From the NCBI GenBank assembly GCA_963422205.2, contig CAXMWX010000001.1, positions 128,001 through 192,000 on the forward strand: 64,000 bases of DNA, given 5' to 3'. This DNA comes from Gammaproteobacteria bacterium (lineage in GTDB: Bacteria > Pseudomonadota > Gammaproteobacteria > Eutrophobiales > Eutrophobiaceae). The notes under the pieces were generated by a model, which searched no databases, was not told where the DNA came from, and was given only the letters and a program-made list of their open reading frames with translations. The position numbers were made by a program, and so were the translations under genes. Below are positions 23,337-32,000 of this stretch, piece after piece (position 1 is the first letter of the stretch; the number at the start of each line of letters is the position of its first letter).

Positions 23337-24072
23337 GGAATCTCTCCAGCACCTCTGTCTGTGCTCTCTGTACATCTTCCGGGAAGTCGATTTCAATCCA
23401 CGGCAGGCCGGTAATGTTCTCATAGTGAAACTGTTCAGGCTGGCCAAGCACAAGGGCGCGAATCGCCTCCTCATGCGGTTCATTGACATGCCCCTCATCG
23501 ATACGGCGTTGCACCTGTTGTAATAACTGTGCGGCGAGCCTGCCGTCAAAGCGGAAAAAACCGACGGACTCGCCTTGTATATCCCAGCGCAGATGGCCGT
23601 CTATTTGCTTTCGCAATTCCACGATGCGATCAGCGTGTATACAGATTTTTACCGGCTCATCACCGGCGGCGAAATGCTCATCCAGCAGCAGACAGTTACG
23701 GTGCTGGCTATGAATCAGACGCTGCAAAATTTCTGTATGATACAGGACATCGGCATCCATGAGGATAAGGTCGGTTGCCGCTGCCAGTATATCTCTGGCA
23801 CAGTACAGGCTGACCATGCTGCCTTGCGTGTAGTTGGCGTTATAAATCGTCTGGATTGTTATATCGATAGTAAGCCCGGCGATCGCCTGCTCGATCGCCT
23901 GCTGCTGATAACCGGTGATGAGATAAACCTGCCTGATCCCGCCGTGCGCCAGGTTCTGGATATGCCGTTCAAGCAGCGTCACACCATCGAAGGCCAGTAA
24001 TGCCTTTGGCTGATCCCGGCCTGCCTGACCCAGGCGCTCGCCACGACCGGCAGCGAGTATGACGGCTTTCAT
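23329..24072 (-). CDS. Phosphocholine/phosphonate cytidylyltransferase family (LicC/PntC-like)
   Basis: [42 protein letters not shown]; first gene of the aepX operon. Confidence 0.88.
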   Translation of the reverse strand: MKAVILAAGRGERLGQAGRDQPKALLAFDGVTLLERHIQNLAHGGIRQVYLITGYQQQAIEQAIAGLTIDITIQTIYNANYTQGSMVSLYCARDILAAATDLILMDADVLYHTEILQRLIHSQHRNCLLLDEHFAAGDEPVKICIHADRIVELRKQIDGHLRWDIQGESVGFFRFDGRLAAQLLQQVQRRIDEGHVNEPHEEAIRALVLGQPEQFHYENITGLPWIEIDFPEDVQRAQTEVLERFHA

Positions 24073-24125
24073 CTGTGATGTGTTATTGTCAGATTCCAAG
24101 CGTTAGATTCCAGGGGCAAATACAT

Positions 24126-24158
24126 GGCATGTACCAGGGCATGTACCGGGGCATGTCC
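24126..24158. repeat. 12-bp-period tandem repeat upstream of the phosphonate operon
   Basis: GGCATGTACCAG GGCATGTACCGG GGCATGTCC. Confidence 0.8.
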
Positions 24159-24385
24159 ATGTTAAAATTGTGATCGGCTTGCAAACCGCTGAGCCGCCCG
24201 CCTATTATTATATGTTTGTTGCTGATTAGTCCTGTATTGCAGGGTGTCATTGCAGTAACATGACCGCTTAAATCATGCTCTGAACGCATCCTTACCAGAA
24301 GCTGTTTTCAAGAGGATGTGAACTTAAAAACAGGCATCCTGTTTGCTTGATTATAACCGGATATTTAAAGATATAAAGATCAGAT

Positions 24386-25681
24386 ATGTGTGCAGCTATA
24401 CCGAAAAAAATCGGTAAGTTTGAGATTCAGAAGCAGATAGGCAAGGGCAGCATGGGTGTTGTGTATCAAGCCTATGATCCTTTTACTGATCAGCTGGTTG
24501 CCGTTAAAGTGGCGCTGGCCGAATCGCTGAAGAAAAGCGAATCGGGGGCGCGTTACCGCAAGATGTTTTTCAACGAAGCGCATACCGCCGGGATGTTGCA
24601 TCATCCCAATATCATGAAAATTCTTGATGCCGGGGTGGATGAGGATGATTGCTATATCGTCATGGAACTGGTAGCGGGTGCCGATACGCTGAAGAGTTAT
24701 TGTCGGGCGGATAATCTGCTGCCGATAGCACAGGTCGTTGAGATCATCTTCAAGTGTGCCAAGGCGCTGGACTATGCACACCGGCAAGGCGTGGTGCATC
24801 GGGATATCAAGCCGACCAATCTGCTAATTACCCGGGAGAAAGACGTGAGGATTGGCGATTTCAGTATCGCCCATCTGATGACAACCGACATGAGTAACAC
24901 CATGCCCCTGGGGTTTGTTGGCTCGCCCCGCTATATGTCGCCTGAACAGGTGCAGGAGGACTCGATCACCAACCAGACGGATCTGTTCTCCTTAGGAATC
25001 GTGATGTATGAGTTGCTGACCGGCAGGCATCCATTCATCGCTAACAGTTTCTCCCGACTGATACACAAGATCATCAATGAGCAACAGCCGCCGCTGCGAT
25101 CCTATCGTAAAGATATTCCCGATATTCTGGAGAAGATCGTCCATCATGCCTTGCAGAAAAGCCCGGAGAAGCGCTACAAGATGGGACTGAATATCGCCGC
25201 CGATCTCAGCCTGACCTTTGATTATCTGGAAAAGCCACAAGAGGATATCGAGCAGGAGGAGAAATTAAACGCCGTGGAGAAATTGCAGTTTTTCAAGGGG
25301 TTTTCTACCGCTGAGATCGTGGAGATAATCAATGCGGGCATGTGGCAGACGTTTACCGAGGGCAGTCAGATCATCACCGAAGGGGAACTGGAGGATTCCT
25401 TTTATATTATTGTCTCCGGTGGTGTCAGCGTGTTGAAAGGCGAGCGGGTGATCAGACAGTTGCAGGCCGGTGATTGCTTTGGTGAAATGGGGTATCTCTC
25501 CAAGACCAAGAGGACGGCAACCATTGCAGCGGCCTCTGCTGTGCAGTTGTTAAAACTGAATGCGCTCCTCATTGAGCAGGCGTCACTGGAATGCCAGTTG
25601 CGTTTCAGCAAGGCATTTCTCAAGACGCTGGTGCAGCGTTTGTCCATGACGACATCCCTGTATGCCAACAGTGACAGGTAA
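24386..25681 (+). CDS. Hanks-type Ser/Thr protein kinase with C-terminal cyclic-nucleotide-binding domain
   Basis: GKGSMGVVY, VAVK, HRDIKPTN, DFS (for DFG), GSPRYMSPEQ; C-terminal GDCFGEMGYL...RTATI phosphate-binding cassette. Confidence 0.9.
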   Translation: MCAAIPKKIGKFEIQKQIGKGSMGVVYQAYDPFTDQLVAVKVALAESLKKSESGARYRKMFFNEAHTAGMLHHPNIMKILDAGVDEDDCYIVMELVAGADTLKSYCRADNLLPIAQVVEIIFKCAKALDYAHRQGVVHRDIKPTNLLITREKDVRIGDFSIAHLMTTDMSNTMPLGFVGSPRYMSPEQVQEDSITNQTDLFSLGIVMYELLTGRHPFIANSFSRLIHKIINEQQPPLRSYRKDIPDILEKIVHHALQKSPEKRYKMGLNIAADLSLTFDYLEKPQEDIEQEEKLNAVEKLQFFKGFSTAEIVEIINAGMWQTFTEGSQIITEGELEDSFYIIVSGGVSVLKGERVIRQLQAGDCFGEMGYLSKTKRTATIAAASAVQLLKLNALLIEQASLECQLRFSKAFLKTLVQRLSMTTSLYANSDR

Positions 25682-25686
25682 GGCGC

Positions 25687-27261
25687 CTAGCATTTCTCAG
25701 CCCGATAAAAAGCCAGCAATGCCTTGTTGGTCGCATCCATCGCCGTATCATCGCCCTGCTGTGCCATCGCCGCCCCGATACGCTTTGCCATCTGCTTGCC
25801 CAACTCCACGCCCCATTGGTCAAACGGGTTAATGTCCCACAAGACCGCCTCAACAAAGGTCTTGTGTTCATACAGGGCGAGCAATGCGCCCAGGGTATAC
25901 GGCGAGAGCTCGGTCAGCAGCACGGTGGTGCTGGGTCTGTCACCGGGGAAATGGCGGCAGGGCTGATCGTGATTTGGCTTGCCCTGCATGAGCGCTTCCC
26001 CCTGGGCAATGCAGTTGGCAAACAACAGCTCATGCGCCCCGTCTCCGTGAGGTGAGTTGACCACAGCGATCAGATCCAGGCTGGTTTTGATTGTCCCCTG
26101 ATGCAATAATTGAAAAAAAGCATGTTGGGCGTTACTGCCAACGCCGCCCCACAGTGTCGGTGCTGTAGGGTATTCGCACGGCTGCCCGCTATGGGTGATC
26201 GATTTGCCGTTGCTCTCCATCACCAGTTGGCTGAGGTAGTCCGGCAGCCGCCGCAGATTATGGGCATAAGGGACAACCGCATGGCAGGGATATTGCAGCA
26301 GACTGCTGTACCACACCCCCAGCAGACCCAGCACAACCGGCAGGTTTTTTTCTAACTCGCTATCGCTGAAATGCTGATCCATACAATGTGCACCAGCCAG
26401 GAAGCGCTTGAAGCGATCCTCCCCAAGCACCGCACAGATGATAAAACCCGCACACGACCAGACAGAATAACGCCCGCCCACCCAGGGCCACAGCCGCAGA
26501 TAATAATCGCTGCTGATCCCGAACTGGCTGACCGCCCTGGCATTCTCCGATACGCCGATAAAATGCTTGCTGATATCAGCACAGCCGTTTTGCTGTAACC
26601 AGGCTTTTGCGGCCCTGGCATTCGTTAAGCTCTCCAGCGTGGTAAAGGATTTTGAGACGATGACGAACAACGTCGTCTCTGGATCGGAATTACGCAGCAC
26701 CGCCTGCATCTCCGCCGGATCGAGGCTGGCGATAAAGTCATGGCCCAACCCGGTGGTCGGCAGGTGTGACATGGCCTCCAGCACCAGCCGGGGGCCGAGA
26801 TCAGAGCCTCCGATACCGATATTGACCAGCCGGGTGATGGGCTTGCCGCTGGCGCCAACCAGCACACCGGCCTGCAAGCCCTGGCACAGCCGGTACATCT
26901 TCTCTCGCTCTTTATCCACCTGCCGCCAGCCGGATTGTCCGTCTATCTCGACATCCTTATCGGCGGGCGCCCGTAACAAGGTATGCAGGGCCGCCCGGCC
27001 CTCGCTGTGATTGACGATCGCCCCCCCAAACAGATCGGCGATCCTGCCTTGCAGATGCCTGCCCGCCGCCAGTTCGAATAACAGCCGCATGGCATCGGCG
27101 GTTATCTTGTTGCGAGAGTAATCAACATACAGGCCCCCAAGCTGCAAGGAAAACGTATCGGCACGCCCGGCCTGCTGCTCAAACAGCTCCCGCAAAGGCT
27201 GTTTTGCTATGATCTCTGCCTGCTCTGTCAGGGCCTGCCAGATTGACGCACTCCTGTTCAT
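25687..27261 (-). CDS. pgi: Glucose-6-phosphate isomerase
   Basis: GIGGSDLGP, SKSFTT, VGGRYSVWS, MESNGK, QHAFFQLLHQG, INPFDQWGVELGK. Confidence 0.96.
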   Translation of the reverse strand: MNRSASIWQALTEQAEIIAKQPLRELFEQQAGRADTFSLQLGGLYVDYSRNKITADAMRLLFELAAGRHLQGRIADLFGGAIVNHSEGRAALHTLLRAPADKDVEIDGQSGWRQVDKEREKMYRLCQGLQAGVLVGASGKPITRLVNIGIGGSDLGPRLVLEAMSHLPTTGLGHDFIASLDPAEMQAVLRNSDPETTLFVIVSKSFTTLESLTNARAAKAWLQQNGCADISKHFIGVSENARAVSQFGISSDYYLRLWPWVGGRYSVWSCAGFIICAVLGEDRFKRFLAGAHCMDQHFSDSELEKNLPVVLGLLGVWYSSLLQYPCHAVVPYAHNLRRLPDYLSQLVMESNGKSITHSGQPCEYPTAPTLWGGVGSNAQHAFFQLLHQGTIKTSLDLIAVVNSPHGDGAHELLFANCIAQGEALMQGKPNHDQPCRHFPGDRPSTTVLLTELSPYTLGALLALYEHKTFVEAVLWDINPFDQWGVELGKQMAKRIGAAMAQQGDDTAMDATNKALLAFYRAEKC

Positions 27262-27325
27262 GCCGGGCCTGTTGTGTCAGTTACCTGTGTTGTAAGGGGT
27301 GCGCTGTGATTGCTGAAGAGTGAAT

Positions 27326-27360
27326 AAAAAAGCCACCTGCACCCGATGTACAAGCGGCTT
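27326..27360 (-). terminator. Probable rho-independent terminator after the TonB-dependent receptor
   Basis: On minus strand AAGCCGCTTGTAC-atcgg-GTGCAGGTGGCTT followed by TTTT (stem includes G-U pairs). Confidence 0.6.
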
Positions 27361-27385
27361 CCATATAGCCTGCGTTATGTGATGG

Positions 27386-29887
27386 CTAGAAGCTGTAACC
27401 CGCTTCCACACCGAAGGTTTGCGGGGCACCCAGAACACAACGTTGCAGCCCACCCCCCGTTGCCGGGTCGATCAGCCCCAGGGTGATGCCGATCGGCTGG
27501 TTAAAGATGGTCTGGCAATAGCCTTTGTCAAACGCATTTTTGATGAAAAAGGCCAGCTCCCACTGCTGGCGTCCCACCCCGCGCAAGCCGAGTTTGGCGT
27601 TCATCAGTGAATAAGCGCCTTGCCGGGATTGCGGGTTTTGATTAGTTTCGGCGCCCACATTCTGCTCGCCCACATGCTGGAATTCACCGCGCATAAACCA
27701 GCCCAGTCGGGTATTGGGCAGGGCGGCAGCATAATCGGCGACCAGCGATAGCTGCCACTTGGGCGAGAAATGATTGCGCTCGCCAGCGAGGTTCAGCGTG
27801 GCCGTGTTATCGGCGGCGATCTGCGCTGGCAGGGCGGTTGCATTGGCAAACGAATCAAATTCCGAATCCAGATAGCTGGCGCCCAGCATCACATACAGCG
27901 GCTCGATGGGGTTGGCGATGAGGTCCAGCTCCACGCCCTGCTGGATCAGCTTGCCGGCGTTTTGCACAAAGAAATTGATACCATCGAACTGGCGGTCTTG
28001 AAAGTCCGCTATTTCGGTGCGGAACAAGGTCACATTGGCGATCAGGCGATTATCCAGCCAGCCGCTTTTAACGCCGATTTCGTAGTTATACACCGTCTCG
28101 GAATTGAACACCCGCGAGACATTACGTGCATCGCCAGCCGAGTTAAACCCATCGGCATTAAAGCCGCCCGATTTGAAGCCGGTGGAGGCCGTGGCGAACA
28201 GCATCACATCAGCGGTCGGGTAGTAGCTTATATTCGCCAGCCAGGTCAGCTCGGTATCGTTAAAGGCCAGCGGCTCCAGCGGATCGTTGATGCGAAAGTC
28301 CAGCCCCGGCAGCCCGCCAGGCACTGTCGGCAGCACGCCGGGCGGTATGGCAAACGGTGCCAGCGAGGGATTATTCACGGTTTGGGCGAAGCTGCCCGAC
28401 TTCTCATCACGCGTTAAGCGCAGGCCGCCAGTGAGGCGCAGCTGCTCGTTCAGCTTGAAGGTGGCCTGGCCGAAGGCGGCATAGCTGGTGACAGCCTGTT
28501 CAAAGTCAGAGACCACGCCGCCAGTGAGCGGTGCACGGTTACAGACCCCGGCCAGCCCGCCGGCCGCTCCCAGACCCGTGGCTGCCGCTTCTCTCGCTGA
28601 CCTGCCCGCTCTTTGCAACAGGGTAAATGCGCGCAGAAAGGCCGCGTTGCTGGCCGCCTGACAGAAATCCACGCCCAAATCAAAGCGTTGATCAATGTCG
28701 TAGTCTTCCTGGTAGTAATACAGCCCGGCCACGTATTCCAGCCGCCCGCCCGCCGGGGAGATCAACTGGAGTTCCTGCGAGAAGGTATCCACCCTGTAAT
28801 CGGTTACCCGATTGAGCAGATCGGCCGGCAGACGCAGGGCAGATTCGAAGGTGGCGTTCTTCCAGCGGCGCAGGCTGGTGATGGAGCGGATGTCATGCCC
28901 GGCCACAGTCCAGGTCCAGTCCAGCGCCAGGCCCGCCTGCTGGTCGGTGGCATCATCACGGTGATCCTGATTTAAGTCATAGCTGAAGGTATTATCGGTC
29001 ACCGGCAGCGGCCCGTTAGGGCCGGGCGGGCTCATGCCCGGCACGGCATTCGGATCCAGCGCCCGTTGCAGGATGCCCGGGTAGCTGGCGGCGATGGTAT
29101 CGGCGATGACTGAGATCGGGCCGCCCTCGTTGTTAATCTCTGCATAATCGACGGCCAGGTTGATTTCCAGGTTGCTGGTCGGGGTAAAATACAACTTGCC
29201 GCGCACGCTCACATCCTCATAATCGCCCACCTCGCGGCGGCTGTCGTTGCTGGTGAAGGTATTATCGGCATAGCCATCCCGCCCGGCATATTGAAAGGCC
29301 AGACGCCCGGCCGCGGCGGCGGAGAAAGCACCACTCACCGAACCGGCCACCGAGCGGCTGTCGAAATTGCCGTATCTGGCTTTTATGCTGCCTTCGAAGT
29401 CATCAGCGGGTTGCTTCGTTCGAATGTTCAGGGCGCCGGTGGAAGCATTACGGCCAAACAAGGTGCCCTGCGGGCCGCGCAGGACCTCAACCTGGGCGAT
29501 ATCGGTCAGGTTGCCGATCACCGAGGAGGGCCGCGGGTAGTATACGCCATCGATAAACACCGCCACCGAAGGCTCGATTGCGCTGTTGCCCACCGAGCCA
29601 ACGCCGCGCAGGATGATGCGGTTGTTCGCCAGTTGGCTGGATTTGCTTAAAGTCAGGTTAGGCGTGTAGTAGCCGAGGCTTTGCAAATCATCAGCACCGG
29701 AGGACTCCAGAAAATCGCCGGAGAAGGTGGAGATGGAGATAGGCACATCTTGTGCATTTTGCGCCCTTTTTTGCGCCGTGACGATGATCTCTTCGATCTG
29801 TGCCTGTACCGTTGCACACGATAAAAATGTCAGGAGGGCGCACAGGCCGGTCAGGTGTTTGTTGAGGTGATAAGTGGTCTGTTGCAT
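27386..29887 (-). CDS. TonB-dependent outer membrane receptor
   Basis: Signal peptide, IEEIIVTAQKR TonB box, EVLRGPQGTLFGRNA plug motif, GFKSGGFN, C-terminal YSF. Confidence 0.93.
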   Translation of the reverse strand: MQQTTYHLNKHLTGLCALLTFLSCATVQAQIEEIIVTAQKRAQNAQDVPISISTFSGDFLESSGADDLQSLGYYTPNLTLSKSSQLANNRIILRGVGSVGNSAIEPSVAVFIDGVYYPRPSSVIGNLTDIAQVEVLRGPQGTLFGRNASTGALNIRTKQPADDFEGSIKARYGNFDSRSVAGSVSGAFSAAAAGRLAFQYAGRDGYADNTFTSNDSRREVGDYEDVSVRGKLYFTPTSNLEINLAVDYAEINNEGGPISVIADTIAASYPGILQRALDPNAVPGMSPPGPNGPLPVTDNTFSYDLNQDHRDDATDQQAGLALDWTWTVAGHDIRSITSLRRWKNATFESALRLPADLLNRVTDYRVDTFSQELQLISPAGGRLEYVAGLYYYQEDYDIDQRFDLGVDFCQAASNAAFLRAFTLLQRAGRSAREAAATGLGAAGGLAGVCNRAPLTGGVVSDFEQAVTSYAAFGQATFKLNEQLRLTGGLRLTRDEKSGSFAQTVNNPSLAPFAIPPGVLPTVPGGLPGLDFRINDPLEPLAFNDTELTWLANISYYPTADVMLFATASTGFKSGGFNADGFNSAGDARNVSRVFNSETVYNYEIGVKSGWLDNRLIANVTLFRTEIADFQDRQFDGINFFVQNAGKLIQQGVELDLIANPIEPLYVMLGASYLDSEFDSFANATALPAQIAADNTATLNLAGERNHFSPKWQLSLVADYAAALPNTRLGWFMRGEFQHVGEQNVGAETNQNPQSRQGAYSLMNAKLGLRGVGRQQWELAFFIKNAFDKGYCQTIFNQPIGITLGLIDPATGGGLQRCVLGAPQTFGVEAGYSF

Positions 29888-30062
29888 CGGAATTTCTCCA
29901 TACGGCGTGTCTTTTGGTGTTAATTTACAACACTTTTGTTCGAGTGTTGACTATGGTACACAGTTTAGCGAAATATCACGCCTTATCCAATGAAATAATC
30001 GCCAATGAAATCATCATGATCACGATAAGACAAACACGACACGGCCCTGGCATATAACGGCG

Positions 30063-31508
30063 ATGGACGGGATAACCATCGTCTGGTTTAGACATGATTT
30101 ACGCCTGGCGGACAATCCCGCCTTGCAGTTTGCCTGTGCTGGCGGGCGGTCTGTCCTGCCGGTGTACGTATTGTGTCGGGGGGCGGACCCCGCCTGGCCT
30201 GTGGGCGGTGCTGGCCGGGTGTGGCTGCATCATTCCCTGGCGGCATTGGCCGAGGCGCTCATGCAGGCCGGCGCCCGCCTGATCATTCGGGAAGGCGAGC
30301 CGGGCAAGGTATTGCAGCAGCTTGTGGATGAGACAGGGGCTACCCAAATCGCCTGGAACCGGCTGTATGAGCCGGCCATCATCCAGCGTGATACGGCCAT
30401 CAAGGCCCGGCTGGAGCAGCAGGGGCTAACCGTCAAGACCTTCAATGCCAGCGTGTTGTGTGAGCCATTTGCTATTCATAACAAACAGGGGCAGCCGTTT
30501 AAGGTGTTCACGCCGTTCTGGCGGCATTGCCAGAGGTTGGAACCGGTAGCGGCACCTCTGCCGAGAGTGAAGCAGATTCGACCGCCGGCAATACCCATCA
30601 ACACCTTGACATTAACCGAACTCAAGCTGCTGCCTGTCAGCGGCTGGCACGGCAGCATCATGACCCACTGGCAGCCCGGATGTGAGCAGGCAGAGAGGCA
30701 GTTGCAGCGGTTTTTGGGCAGCGACGCCCTGGCGGCTTATCTTGACAATCGGGACTTCCCGGGCCTGGCGGGTGTATCGAAGCTATCCCCTTATCTGCAC
30801 TTCGGTGAGATCAGCTCAAGGCAGGTCTGGCACGGTGTTCACCAGCAGGCACGGGCAACCGGGCAACTCTCACCATCGAAACAGGCCGCAGGCTATATTC
30901 GCCAGCTATACTGGCGTGAGTTTGCCCACCATCTGCTCTATCACTTCCCCGATACGCCCGCCCACCCCTTGAATGTGCAGTATCGCCGCTTCCCGTGGCG
31001 TGATGATCCATGCCAGTTGCGCGCCTGGCAACAGGGCCGTACCGGCTACCCGCTGGTCGATGCCGGTATGCGCCAGTTGTGGCACAGCGGCTGGATGCAC
31101 AACCGGGTGCGTATGGTGGTCGGCTCGTTTCTGGTGAAAGACCTGCTGCTGCCCTGGCAGGTGGGGGCGGCCTGGTTCTGGGATACGCTGGTCGATGCGG
31201 ATCTGGCCAATAACACGCTGGGCTGGCAATGGGTGGCTGGCTGTGGTGCCGATGCAGCGCCGTACTTTCGCATATTCAACCCCGTCCTGCAGTCGCAAAA
31301 ATTTGACGCCGATGGCACTTACATCAGAACCTGGCTGCCAGAGCTGGCGCATCTGGATGCCCGCCATATCCATGCGCCCTGGCAGGCCGATTCCTCTACC
31401 CTGGCACGGGCGGGCATTACACTGGGCGAGGATTACCCGCCGCCGCTGGTCGATCATGCACATGCCCGGCAGGCGGCACTGGCCGCCCTGGCGAGCATCA
31501 AAACGTGA
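30063..31508 (+). CDS. phrB: Deoxyribodipyrimidine photolyase (class I/III CPD photolyase)
   Basis: WFRHDLRLADNPAL, SKLSPYLHFGEIS, TGYPLVDAGMRQLW, GWMHNRVRM, DADLANN, PYFRIFNP. Confidence 0.95.
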   Translation: MDGITIVWFRHDLRLADNPALQFACAGGRSVLPVYVLCRGADPAWPVGGAGRVWLHHSLAALAEALMQAGARLIIREGEPGKVLQQLVDETGATQIAWNRLYEPAIIQRDTAIKARLEQQGLTVKTFNASVLCEPFAIHNKQGQPFKVFTPFWRHCQRLEPVAAPLPRVKQIRPPAIPINTLTLTELKLLPVSGWHGSIMTHWQPGCEQAERQLQRFLGSDALAAYLDNRDFPGLAGVSKLSPYLHFGEISSRQVWHGVHQQARATGQLSPSKQAAGYIRQLYWREFAHHLLYHFPDTPAHPLNVQYRRFPWRDDPCQLRAWQQGRTGYPLVDAGMRQLWHSGWMHNRVRMVVGSFLVKDLLLPWQVGAAWFWDTLVDADLANNTLGWQWVAGCGADAAPYFRIFNPVLQSQKFDADGTYIRTWLPELAHLDARHIHAPWQADSSTLARAGITLGEDYPPPLVDHAHARQAALAALASIKT

Positions 31509-32000
31509 AGCCTTGAAGGGGAATGCCGCCCCCCGGCTGATTGCAGCCGCCGGGTCCTGAACATGGCCCCTAAGCATGGCCTTGGGCATGGCCCCGGTGC
31601 CCACTCACAGCCGCTCCCATCAGCATCGCCGGCGTAAAGCCAAGCCGTGATCCTCATCCGTGGCGTGACATGCCAGCCCATCATCGTCGCTGGTTAGCCG
31701 TTGCCTTTGAGGCAATTTGCAGAAACCATGATGCCGGGGCAGGCGAGGCAGGCCGGCTTTTATCAGCACATCGGGCCCCGGCACATGAGAAAATGGAATT
31801 AATTGTTTACCCCCGGGCATGTGCCGGTAAAATGACGCTGTTTCCATAGTACCTGTCATCAATGCTGGATATGGCAAGTTCCCCGGCCGAGCGATGCCTT
31901 AAAGTGACGCCGGGGCAGCCAGGCTGGATAAAGCCATGCTGGTGACAGTCATCCTGAGGGCCGTAGTTGCGGCCGGACACCTAACCACAGAGTTTACGTT

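Noticed and set aside
23337-23549. N-terminal extensions in the ORF track for PepM (also NudJ, AmtB, RnfD, ApaG, HpnH, MTase)
   Set aside because: They overlap neighbouring genes or lack family similarity; downstream ATGs match family N-termini.
24121-24165. Short repeats as a CRISPR array or iterons
   Set aside because: Units of about 12 bp without spacers; no cas or rep genes. No CRISPR array seen anywhere in the window.
31620-31877. 85-aa minus-strand ORF between phrB and the kinase
   Set aside because: No recognisable motif or RBS; cannot be supported as a gene.
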